Origin: Flavobacterium sp.
GTDB lineage: Bacteria > Bacteroidota > Bacteroidia > Flavobacteriales > Flavobacteriaceae
Length of the DNA: 57,574 nt
Assembly: GCF_049318185.1 (NCBI RefSeq)
Contig: NZ_JBMOGV010000001.1
Coordinates: 1-57,574 of the forward strand
Direction: 5' to 3'
This document shows positions 41,132 to 50,031 of this stretch, in pieces. How positions within the stretch are numbered: position 1 is the stretch's first letter; every line of letters starts with the position of its first letter. The notes under the pieces are model-generated. The model was given only the letters and a program-made list of their open reading frames with translations. It ran no database searches and was not told the DNA's origin. The translations under genes were made by a program, and so were the position numbers.

Positions 41132-43300
41132 TTACAATTTCTCTTTGATAAAAGTAGTCATTTTGTTGTACAATTGAATTCTGGTTTTTCCACCATAAAT
41201 TCCGTGGTTTTTATCGGGATAAATGGCCCAATCAAATTGTTTGTTGGCTTGTACTAAGGCTTCAATCATTTGCATACTATTTTGAACATGCACATTATCA
41301 TCGGCTGTGCCATGAATTAGGAGAAAATTTCCTTTTAACTTACTCACATGATTAATTGGTGAATTATCATCATATCCACTAGCATTTTCTTGCGGAGTTT
41401 GCAAATAACGTTCCGTGTAAATGCTATCATAGAAACGCCAATTGGTAACTGGAGCTACAGCAACAGCCATTTTGAAAACATCGGCACCTTTTAATATACA
41501 ATTGCTTGACATGAATCCGCCATAAGACCAGCCAAAAATACCAATTCTTGTTTTATCAACATAGGAATAGTTTCCTATTACTTTGGCAGCGTCTATTTGG
41601 TCTTCTACTTCCAGTTTCCCAAGTTGGTTTTGAGTGCATTTTTTAAAAGCTGCACCTTTATACCCTGTTCCTCTTCCATCCACACAAGCGACGATATAGC
41701 CATGTTGTGTTAACATCATAAACCAATAATCATTGGTAGTGTTCCATTTATTATTCACTTCTTGCGAGCCAGGACCAGAATATTGGTACATAAAAACGGG
41801 ATATTTTTTATTGGCATCAAAATCGGTTGGTTTGATCATCCAAGCATTAAGTTTGTTGCCTTTTTCGGTGGTGAGTTCAAAGAATTCTTTAGTTGGCAGA
41901 TTGTATTTTTTTACTTTTTCGGCTAACGTTTTGTTATCAATAATGGATTGGATTTGTTTCCCATCATTGGTACTGTTTAACGTATTGATTGTCGGTTGAC
42001 TTGAACTAGAAAAAGAATTGATAAAAAATTGAAAATTTGGACTAAAAGTAGCGCTGTTTGTTCCTACTTGCTGTGATAGTTTCAGTTTGTTTTTACCATC
42101 CAATCCTATTTTATAAACGTCTCTAATGGTTGAACCGTTTTCTACGGATTGATAGTAGATCGTTTTATTTTTTTCGTCAAAACCATAATAAGCCGTTACT
42201 TCCCAATTGCCCTTGGTGACTTGGTTTTTCAGCTTTCCTGTTTTATCATATAAATAGATGTGATTGAAACCGTCTTTTTCCGATGTCCAGATGAAGCTGT
42301 TGTCTTTTAGAAAAGTCAAATTATCGGTAACGTCAATATAGGCTTTGTCTTTTTCGTTCAAAACTACTTTTGAAGTTGCCGTTGTTCCATCAATAAAAAG
42401 CAAGTCTAAATTATCTTGATGACGGTTTAAAATTTGAGCAGCAAGCACATTAGCATCGTTAGTCCATTTTATTCGTGCAATATAAAAATCATTATAATTG
42501 CTCAAATCAACCGTTTTTGAACTACCGGAAGCAACATCATAAACTAGTAGCGCCACTTTTGAATTTTTTTCACCCGCTTTTGGATACTTAAATGTTTCAA
42601 CCGTTGGGTACATTTCTTTCTTGAAAATGTTCATCGAGAACTCTGGAACTTCACTTTCGTCAAAACGAATAAAGGCAAGCTTTTTACTATCGGCACTCCA
42701 ATCAAAGGCTTTTACAAAAGCGAGTTCTTCTTCATAAACCCAATCCGTAATACCGTTAATTATGCTGTTCTTTATACCATCGGTAGTGACTTGAGTAGTT
42801 TTTTGGGAAGCAATATCATAGATGAAAAGATTATTTTCTTTTGCAAAACCTATTTTCAATCCATCTGGTGAAAATGTAGGTTGTTGCACTTGTTCCAGTA
42901 TTTTGGTCAACTTTTTTGTATCTCGGTTGTACAGAAAAAAATTGGCAGTGAAGGAATAACGGAAGATTTGATTGGAATTATTTGCCAATAATACTTGTTT
43001 CTCATCTTTGCTAAAAACAAAACTATCGATTCCGTCTGCAAGTTCCGGAAAGCTTTTAGTATCAATTATTGTGTTTACTTTTTTTAAGGTGGCAAAATCA
43101 TACAAATCAATTTGTGAACTTCGTGTAGCTCGATCGAAATTGAGCACGGCATATTGATTAGTATTTTTCATGGCGAATAATTCATCCATGGTTTCCAGCC
43201 GAAAAGCACCTGAATATATTTCTTCAACAGTTAGTTTTTGTTGCGCTACTGCTGAAAAGCAGACCAATAGAAATAGAACGATGGAAAGTTTTGATTTCAT
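41132..43300 (-). CDS. dpp4: Dipeptidyl peptidase IV (S9B)
   Basis: DWVYEEE, GWSYGG nucleophile, HGTADDNVH and NHGI catalytic motifs; signal peptide. Confidence 0.95.
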   Translation of the reverse strand: MKSKLSIVLFLLVCFSAVAQQKLTVEEIYSGAFRLETMDELFAMKNTNQYAVLNFDRATRSSQIDLYDFATLKKVNTIIDTKSFPELADGIDSFVFSKDEKQVLLANNSNQIFRYSFTANFFLYNRDTKKLTKILEQVQQPTFSPDGLKIGFAKENNLFIYDIASQKTTQVTTDGIKNSIINGITDWVYEEELAFVKAFDWSADSKKLAFIRFDESEVPEFSMNIFKKEMYPTVETFKYPKAGEKNSKVALLVYDVASGSSKTVDLSNYNDFYIARIKWTNDANVLAAQILNRHQDNLDLLFIDGTTATSKVVLNEKDKAYIDVTDNLTFLKDNSFIWTSEKDGFNHIYLYDKTGKLKNQVTKGNWEVTAYYGFDEKNKTIYYQSVENGSTIRDVYKIGLDGKNKLKLSQQVGTNSATFSPNFQFFINSFSSSSQPTINTLNSTNDGKQIQSIIDNKTLAEKVKKYNLPTKEFFELTTEKGNKLNAWMIKPTDFDANKKYPVFMYQYSGPGSQEVNNKWNTTNDYWFMMLTQHGYIVACVDGRGTGYKGAAFKKCTQNQLGKLEVEDQIDAAKVIGNYSYVDKTRIGIFGWSYGGFMSSNCILKGADVFKMAVAVAPVTNWRFYDSIYTERYLQTPQENASGYDDNSPINHVSKLKGNFLLIHGTADDNVHVQNSMQMIEALVQANKQFDWAIYPDKNHGIYGGKTRIQLYNKMTTFIKEKL

Positions 43301-43526
43301 TGCAAAGTTTAATTTTAAAAACTTTCAATTTTAGTGAAAATTTTATAAATAACCGCATGTTTTTGTGTTAAAAGCACATTTAACCTAGTAATAAAGTAAA
43401 ATGTTGGAAGTGTGTTTTTAAACCTGTCCTGCAAAGAGTATCCAATAATATGCAGCAGAAGTTTATGTAATAAAGTATCTTAAAATGAAAAGACCAAGCT
43501 TGAAAATTTAAGATAGTTGACTCATT

Positions 43527-43952
43527 TTATGCTTCGAGAATGGCTTTTATAATTGCCTCAACAGTTAAGTTTTTTGCCCAAACTATTTCCGAATTTAAAA
43601 TCTCTTGTGGTGAAACAAAAGAAGGATTAATTTTTATGGCAATTAATTTATTTCCATTTTTTTTACTTTGTGCTAATTCAAAATTTATCCAATTTTTATA
43701 ACCAATCTCTATGTAGTCATTATTCCAAGAATTGGCATACTTACCAATAATACAAAGAGTATATTCTGTCGTATTTATTTTTTTTGTTAAGCCAGCTTTA
43801 ACTGCAGGAATTTCGGATGTCTTTATTTTAGAAGTTAATTTATCATTGAAAGAAATTTCAAATAGGTCATTAGCACTTAAAGCATTCAATAAAAATTTGT
43901 AATCCTTGTCATTTTCATAATCAAAGCTGATGAAAATTGATTTTTTGGTCAT
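43527..43952 (-). CDS. Stand-alone TIR-like domain protein (Thoeris ThsB/DUF1863-like)
   Basis: 141 aa; N-terminal IFISFDYEND, TLCIIGKY strand, WINFELAQS with the putative catalytic Glu, then NKLIAIKI. Confidence 0.8.
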   Translation of the reverse strand: MTKKSIFISFDYENDKDYKFLLNALSANDLFEISFNDKLTSKIKTSEIPAVKAGLTKKINTTEYTLCIIGKYANSWNNDYIEIGYKNWINFELAQSKKNGNKLIAIKINPSFVSPQEILNSEIVWAKNLTVEAIIKAILEA

Positions 43953-44414
43953 TATATTTTATTTTAAATTAATTTATTTTTAACATGTTAGTTTCTTATG
44001 TCTTCCTATGACTTGCTAATAAATTATTTATTGGCAAATATTCAAATTCCTTTGCTCTCTCAAATTAATATAATTTTAAATTATAGTTAAGTTAAAAGGC
44101 TATTTAAAAGGTTTTAAATTTCAAAAATAAACTTGGTAAATATATTGAGTTCTAAAATATTTCTTTTTAATGCAGATTAAAAAATGAATTAATAAACATT
44201 AAATTTTCTTGCCCTGAAAAAGCGTTACCAAAAAGTGTAAAATACAGATCGGAAGTCTAGTAATGTTTTTAGTAAGCAAAGGGATTTACTTCATCGTATT
44301 TCATTTCACGTTGACGATGGGAAGGCACTATAATAAACTTTTAAGTATTTAAATATAGTTACAGATTTTGTAAACAAATTGAAAATTGTTTTACACAATG
44401 TTTTTAAAGAAAAC

Positions 44415-44451
44415 AAAAAACCCTTGAAAATCAAAGGATTATCAAGGGTTT
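44415..44451 (-). terminator. Intrinsic terminator after tRNA-Phe
   Basis: AAACCCTTGA...TCAAGGGTTT stem with a U-tract on the - strand. Confidence 0.7.
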
Positions 44452-44454
44452 AAG

Positions 44455-44527
44455 TGGTACCTCCAGGAATCGAACCAGGGACACATGGATTTTCAGTCCA
44501 TTGCTCTACCAACTGAGCTAAGGTACC
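44455..44527 (-). tRNA. tRNA-Phe(GAA)
   Basis: GGTACCTTAGCTCAGTTGGTAGAGCAATGGACTGAAAATCCATGTGTCCCTGGTTCGATTCCTGGAGGTACCA: full cloverleaf, GAA anticodon, CCA not encoded. Confidence 0.98.
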
Positions 44528-44543
44528 TTTTTTGATGAGGGTG

Positions 44544-44551
44544 CAAATATA
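44544..44551 (-). promoter_or_regulatory. -7 box TATATTTG for tRNA-Phe
   Basis: CAAATATA on the + strand, 16 nt upstream of the tRNA 5' end. Confidence 0.7.
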
Positions 44552-44626
44552 GAACGATTTTTAATTTATCCAAAACAAATACTAAAAAAAAACTATTCGT
44601 ACCTTAGCCCTATCAAAAACATATAT

Positions 44627-45355
44627 ATGCTTCTAGCCATCGATGTTGGAAATACCAGAATTAAAGCCGCTTTATTTGAGGCAAATACGCTTGTAGAAAC
44701 CTTTGTTTTTGGCAAAGAAGAATTTATTTCTCGGGTAGCATTTTTTTTGGAATTGCATCCAAAAATTAAAACTATTGTTCTAGCAACTGTTGGAAATTTT
44801 GAAAAAAAGCTGCTTTCAAGTTTTGAAAATAGACTTTCAATTGTTCATATTTCACATGAAAGTAAGTTCCCTTTTCAAAATTTATATACCACTCCCAATA
44901 CACTCGGAATTGACAGAATGGTTCTAGCAACTGGGGCGGTTATAACATTTCCTGCTCAAAACAGATTGATTATTGACGCTGGTACTTGCATTACTTATGA
45001 TTTTGTAGATGAGAACAATAATTATTTGGGTGGTGGTATTTCTCCTGGATTACGCATTCGATATGAGGCCTTACATCAACAAACTGCAAAATTACCACTG
45101 TTATCAAAAACTTATCCCGAAAATTTCATTGGAAATTCGACTGAAGAATCAATTCATTCAGGTGTTGTAAATGGTGTAATTCATGAAATTAGTGGGTTTA
45201 TTGAAGAATATAGAAACCAATACGCTAAATTTATCATAATTTTAACGGGTGGCGATGGAGTATTTTTGGCTAAACGATTAAAAAATACCATATTTGCCAA
45301 TTCAAATTTTCTGCTTGAAAGTTTGAACCAAACTTTTCAATACAATCAAAAATGA
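44627..45355 (+). CDS. coaX: Type III pantothenate kinase
   Basis: IDVGNTRIK, LGIDR, IDAGTCIT, GGGISPG and TGGD motifs. Confidence 0.95.
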   Translation: MLLAIDVGNTRIKAALFEANTLVETFVFGKEEFISRVAFFLELHPKIKTIVLATVGNFEKKLLSSFENRLSIVHISHESKFPFQNLYTTPNTLGIDRMVLATGAVITFPAQNRLIIDAGTCITYDFVDENNNYLGGGISPGLRIRYEALHQQTAKLPLLSKTYPENFIGNSTEESIHSGVVNGVIHEISGFIEEYRNQYAKFIIILTGGDGVFLAKRLKNTIFANSNFLLESLNQTFQYNQK

Positions 45356-46623
45356 TTAAAAAAATTATAGTAAGCTGCTGTTTACTTATTTCATTAGCAA
45401 CATGGGCGCAAGAAGGAACATCATCTCCTTATTCTTTTTACGGAATTGGTGATGTTAAGTTTAAAGGAACTGTTGATACACGATCTATGGGAGGAATTGC
45501 TATTTTTCCTGACAGCATTCACATCAATCTTCAAAATCCTGCTCAATTTGCTAGCTTGAAACTATCTAGTCTTACTATTGGTGGTACTTATGCCAATTCT
45601 AAAACAAAATCTGAAACGCAAGAAGAAAAATCTAGAAGAACCACTCTAGATTATCTTGCTGTTGGAATTCCAGTTGGAAAATTAGGTATTGGTTTTGGGC
45701 TTGTTCCTTATTCCTCTGTTGGCTATAAAATTGGAAAAACAGTATATGAAACAAATAGTGCCGGTGATACCCTGCGAGCTATTTATTCCAAGTATAACGG
45801 TTTAGGTGGTGTTAACAAAGTTTTTATAGGTGCTGGATATAAAATCACTAAGAAAATAAACTTTGGAGTTGCTATTCAATATAATTTTGGAACGATTACG
45901 ACCACCAATTTGCGTTACCAAAGTGATGTTCAATACGGAACTAGAGAAAATAATTCTTCAAATGCTCAAGGGTTTAACATTGATTTAGGTTTGACCTACC
46001 AAACCAATGTAAACAAAAAACACTCTTTCTTCAGCAGTTTAACTTATACACCACAATCAAACCTAAAATTTGGAAATTCTAGAAGTATAGACATTATACA
46101 ATTTTTGAGTTCAGGTGCTGTAAGTGTAATAGAAACAGAAGAGGCAATAGTTGCTAATACTACTATAAAATTGCCTTCAAAATTAACTTTTGGAAATGGT
46201 TTTGGTGAAGTCAAAAAATGGTTAGTTGGTGCCGAAGTAACTTTATTGAATAATAGTGTGCTATCCAATCGTTTTGTTGATATTAATGGGGCAACTTTTG
46301 AAAACGCTACTCGTTACAGTTTAGGCGGTTATTTTATCCCTAATTACAACTCTTATTCAAGCTATTTTAAAAAGGTAACATACAGAGGTGGATTGCGATA
46401 TGAAAAAACTGGACTAGTAATTCAAAATCAATCCATAAACGATTATGCAGTTAATGTTGGTTTTGGTTTACCTTTAGGAGGTACTTTTTCTAATATTAAT
46501 ATTGGTCTTGAAATGGGCAAAAGAGGTACAAAATATAACAATTTAGTAGAAGAAAACTATTTCAATATCAGTTTAGGTCTTTCACTAAGCGAAAGATGGT
46601 TTGTGAAACGTAAATTCGACTAA
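45352..46623 (+). CDS. Outer membrane beta-barrel protein (FadL/OmpP1-like)
   Basis: Signal peptide; SPYSFYGIG, SMGG and NPA motifs; alternating beta strands. Confidence 0.7.
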   Translation: MIKKIIVSCCLLISLATWAQEGTSSPYSFYGIGDVKFKGTVDTRSMGGIAIFPDSIHINLQNPAQFASLKLSSLTIGGTYANSKTKSETQEEKSRRTTLDYLAVGIPVGKLGIGFGLVPYSSVGYKIGKTVYETNSAGDTLRAIYSKYNGLGGVNKVFIGAGYKITKKINFGVAIQYNFGTITTTNLRYQSDVQYGTRENNSSNAQGFNIDLGLTYQTNVNKKHSFFSSLTYTPQSNLKFGNSRSIDIIQFLSSGAVSVIETEEAIVANTTIKLPSKLTFGNGFGEVKKWLVGAEVTLLNNSVLSNRFVDINGATFENATRYSLGGYFIPNYNSYSSYFKKVTYRGGLRYEKTGLVIQNQSINDYAVNVGFGLPLGGTFSNINIGLEMGKRGTKYNNLVEENYFNISLGLSLSERWFVKRKFD

Positions 46624-46634
46624 ACCCTAACATT

Positions 46635-47909
46635 ATGAAAGCTATTTTTTCTTTATTGGGTCTATTCTTAGTTATCTCAATCAATGCTCAAAAATTTGAT
46701 TGTTCAGCAAAAATAACAACCTATCAAGAATTATTTCTAGCTCAGAATATGTCTGAGACTTTTGACACATGGAGTGAAGTAAGGAAAAAATGCCCAAAAG
46801 AAAGTGAAACGATTTATAATGATGGCTTCAAAATACTGCAATTTAAAATAGATAATGCAGCCAATGCTGAAGAAAAAGAAACTTGGGTTCGCGATGAACT
46901 AAAGCTTTATGACCAATACCATATAAACTTTCCATTAACCACTTCGGACTACGAAGTAAATAAAGCCATGGCTTTGTATGATAATAAGATAGACGCTAAA
47001 GAAGAAATCTTCGGTTTATTACAAAGTGGTTTTGCTAAAGCTTCCAACCATATCACCAATGCCAGTGCCATATACACCTATTTTAGCCTGTGCTTTGATA
47101 AATACAAAACTGGTGATAAAAAATTCACTGCTGAAGTAGTGCTCGACAAATATATGCTCGTCAATTTCATGCTTACCCAATTGCAAGTGTCTAATGCTAA
47201 AAAAATATCTGAATACAAAACTGCACAAAGAGGAATTAATGCACTAGCAAGAGATTTGGCTACTTGTGATAATTTAGGAAATTACTACACTAATAATTAC
47301 TCCAAACATTCCGAAGATGTTACTTGGATAACAACCGCATTGACCAATCTTTCAGGGAAATGTAGTGCTAAGCCAATATTCAACACTATGGCTGAAAAGC
47401 TTTATGCTGTTAAAGTCACCTCTGAGTCAGCCTATTTTATGGCAGCAGCTTCCACAAAGCAAAGAAAGTTTAAAGAAGCTATTGCTTTTTATAATGAAGC
47501 AGCTGATTTAGAAACAAACCCCATAGAAAAAGCAAAAATATACTATACTTTAGCAACAGGATTATTAGCAAACGACATGACTAAATCCAGAGAAAATTTA
47601 AATAAAGCTTTAGCATTTGATCCAAAAATGGGTAAAGCTTACATATTCTTGGCACAACTTTATTCCGATGCCGCTGAAAAATGTGGTCAAACTGATTTTG
47701 AGAAGAAAGCTATATTTTACCTGGCCCAACAAACAGTAAAAAAAGCAGGAATGGCTGATTCAAAATTAAAGCAAACTGCTGATAAAATGAGTGAAGATTA
47801 TACTAAAAAAGCCTTAACCCAATCGGAAATCAAAAAAGCAAAAATGAACGGAAAATCAATAAAAATTGATTGTTGGATTAACGAAACCATTACTTTTCCT
47901 TCTAAATAA
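46635..47909 (+). CDS. Exported tetratricopeptide-repeat protein
   Basis: Signal peptide; helical repeats (AIAFYNEA, KALAFDPKMGKAYIFLAQLY); terminal CWINET. Confidence 0.75.
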   Translation: MKAIFSLLGLFLVISINAQKFDCSAKITTYQELFLAQNMSETFDTWSEVRKKCPKESETIYNDGFKILQFKIDNAANAEEKETWVRDELKLYDQYHINFPLTTSDYEVNKAMALYDNKIDAKEEIFGLLQSGFAKASNHITNASAIYTYFSLCFDKYKTGDKKFTAEVVLDKYMLVNFMLTQLQVSNAKKISEYKTAQRGINALARDLATCDNLGNYYTNNYSKHSEDVTWITTALTNLSGKCSAKPIFNTMAEKLYAVKVTSESAYFMAAASTKQRKFKEAIAFYNEAADLETNPIEKAKIYYTLATGLLANDMTKSRENLNKALAFDPKMGKAYIFLAQLYSDAAEKCGQTDFEKKAIFYLAQQTVKKAGMADSKLKQTADKMSEDYTKKALTQSEIKKAKMNGKSIKIDCWINETITFPSK

Positions 47910-48460
47910 TGAGATATTTATCTAGAAATAGAATTCCCTTTTTGTTAGCACTTTTATCTTGTATGACAATTATATCTTGTGAAAGCAATTTTCGTGATGT
48001 CCAAAAGATGAGTGTTTCTGAATTCACACCTAGTAGCGATGCAGATTCCATCAATTTAAAATATACTGATTCAGGAAGAATAACCGCCAATCTAGTTAGT
48101 CCTAAAATGCTAGATTATGCCACAGTTAAATTTCCTTTTACTGAATTTCCAATAGGAATGCATCTTACCTTATATGATAAGAACGGAAAAGAAACCTATA
48201 TTGAAGGCAACTATGCTACATCTGATAAGTCAACCAATATCATTGACTTACAAGGGAAAGTAAAAATATCCAATCAAAATGGCGAACAACTGGAAACAGA
48301 GCAATTGTATTATGACCAAAAGAATGAATGGTTTTTTACCGAAAAAAAGTTTAAATTTACTTCACCAAAAGGAGTTTCCTATGGAGAAGGAATTGATTTT
48401 AGTAAAGATTTCAAAAAAGTAAATTCACAAAAAATATCAGGACAAGTTCAATCAGAATAA
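47909..48460 (+). CDS. lptC: LPS export periplasmic protein LptC-like (lipoprotein)
   Basis: Lipobox IISC; EFPIG, LQGKV and LETEQLYYD jellyroll pattern. Confidence 0.8.
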   Translation: MRYLSRNRIPFLLALLSCMTIISCESNFRDVQKMSVSEFTPSSDADSINLKYTDSGRITANLVSPKMLDYATVKFPFTEFPIGMHLTLYDKNGKETYIEGNYATSDKSTNIIDLQGKVKISNQNGEQLETEQLYYDQKNEWFFTEKKFKFTSPKGVSYGEGIDFSKDFKKVNSQKISGQVQSE

Positions 48461-48462
48461 CT

Positions 48463-48660
48463 ATGAATTATTTAAAATTTACCCAATACGCCTATTTAAT
48501 CGCAGGAATTCTTGTTGCTATTGAAAGTTATAATCAATACCAAGCTGGCAATAATGATAAAGCCATCATCATGGGAATTTTTACCCTTGTTGCCATTTTT
48601 ATGTTCTTCTTCAGAAGAAATTTTGCTAAGAAATTTGCAGAGCGAAATAAAAAATCATAA
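48463..48660 (+). CDS. Small two-TM membrane protein
   Basis: 65 aa, two hydrophobic helices and a basic tail; tightly packed between lptC and the next gene. Confidence 0.7.
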   Translation: MNYLKFTQYAYLIAGILVAIESYNQYQAGNNDKAIIMGIFTLVAIFMFFFRRNFAKKFAERNKKS

Positions 48661-48663
48661 CAC

Positions 48664-49923
48664 ATGGAAATCGGAATAATCATCTTGTGTTTGATACTTT
48701 CCGCATTTTTTTCAGGAATGGAAATTGCTTTTGTTTCCTCCAATAAAATCTATCTTGAAATAGAAAAAAAACAATCCGATTTTATTTCCAAAATCCTAAC
48801 AAAACTTACTCAAAAACCATCAAAATTTATTGCTACTATGCTTATTGGCAATAATATTGCTATGGTAGTTTATGGTTTTTTTATGGGAGATTTATTGATG
48901 CATTGGTTTAAAGGTTTTGGATTTAATTTTTCAGATTTAACCAATTTATTGTTGCAAACAATACTATCAACTTTAATTGTATTAATGACTTCTGAATTTT
49001 TGCCCAAAGTATTTTTTCAGATATATGCTAATAGCTTCATCAAGTTTTTTGCTTTGCCAGCCTATTTCTTCTACAATCTATTCTATTATATATCATCAAT
49101 ATTACTTGGAGTATCTGATTTCATTTTGAAGAAATTTTTCAAGACCGAAGGTGATCAAATTACACTTTCTTTTAGCAAAGTAGAATTAGGTAATTATATC
49201 TCTGAACAGATGAATGCTGTGGCTGACCATGAAACGGTAGATTCTGAAATTCAGATTTTTCAAAATGCGCTAGAGTTTTCTGCCGTAAAAGCAAGAGATA
49301 TTATGACTCCTAGAACAGAATTAGTTGCGATAGATTTATATAGTTCTATAGTTGATTTAAGAGACCTTTTTATAACAACAGGTTATTCTAAAATAGTAAT
49401 ATACCTCAATACTTTAGACGACATTGTAGGCTATGTGCACTCCTTTGAATTGTTCAAAAAACCTAGAAGCATTAAATCAATACTTATTCCGGTAGAATTT
49501 GTACCAGAAACTATTTTTATTAAAGACACCATGAATTTGCTTACTAAGAAAAGAAAAAGCGTGGCAGTAGTACTAGATGAATACGGTGGCACTTCAGGAA
49601 TTATTACCATGGAAGATATTGTGGAAGAACTTTTTGGAGAAATTGAAGATGAACATGATACTGAGGAAACCTTAATCGAAAATCCATTAGACCTAACTAA
49701 TTATTTGTTTTCCACTAGATTAGACGTCGAATATATAAATGAAACCTATAAATTAAACATTCCAGAAAGCAATTCTTATGGCACTTTGGGTGGTTTTATT
49801 GTTGATTTTACCAAAGAAATTCCTCAAAAAGGAGAAAAAATTACTATTGGGAACTTCCAATTTATAATAGAACAGGCTACTAATAAGAAAATAGAATTAG
49901 TAAAAATGACATTATTGGATTAA
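48664..49923 (+). CDS. CNNM/CBS/CorC-HlyC (hemolysin family) membrane protein
   Basis: SAFFSGMEIA, SEFLPK, IMTPR, DEYGGTSGIITMED and TLGGFI motifs. Confidence 0.92.
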   Translation: MEIGIIILCLILSAFFSGMEIAFVSSNKIYLEIEKKQSDFISKILTKLTQKPSKFIATMLIGNNIAMVVYGFFMGDLLMHWFKGFGFNFSDLTNLLLQTILSTLIVLMTSEFLPKVFFQIYANSFIKFFALPAYFFYNLFYYISSILLGVSDFILKKFFKTEGDQITLSFSKVELGNYISEQMNAVADHETVDSEIQIFQNALEFSAVKARDIMTPRTELVAIDLYSSIVDLRDLFITTGYSKIVIYLNTLDDIVGYVHSFELFKKPRSIKSILIPVEFVPETIFIKDTMNLLTKKRKSVAVVLDEYGGTSGIITMEDIVEELFGEIEDEHDTEETLIENPLDLTNYLFSTRLDVEYINETYKLNIPESNSYGTLGGFIVDFTKEIPQKGEKITIGNFQFIIEQATNKKIELVKMTLLD

Positions 49924-50031
49924 AATTCATAAAAAAATCAAAAAATAGTAGAAATTATAATGGTGTGAGTATTATTATTTCACAGATAATTGTATTTTCG
50001 CAAACTGAATTAAAATTTAACAAGAATAGAA

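Noticed and set aside
44270-44330. Faint resemblance to Bacteroidota REP-like palindromes (GATTGCTTCG…CAATGAC type)
   Set aside because: Too degenerate, with no complementary arm found.
46478-46485. GGAGGTAC match to the tRNA-Phe 3' end as an att site
   Set aside because: Only 8 nt, inside a conserved CDS and on the wrong side and orientation for an island; chance.
48664-49923. 'Hemolysin' as a virulence toxin
   Set aside because: The CNNM-CBS-CorC architecture indicates a divalent cation homeostasis protein in a housekeeping operon.
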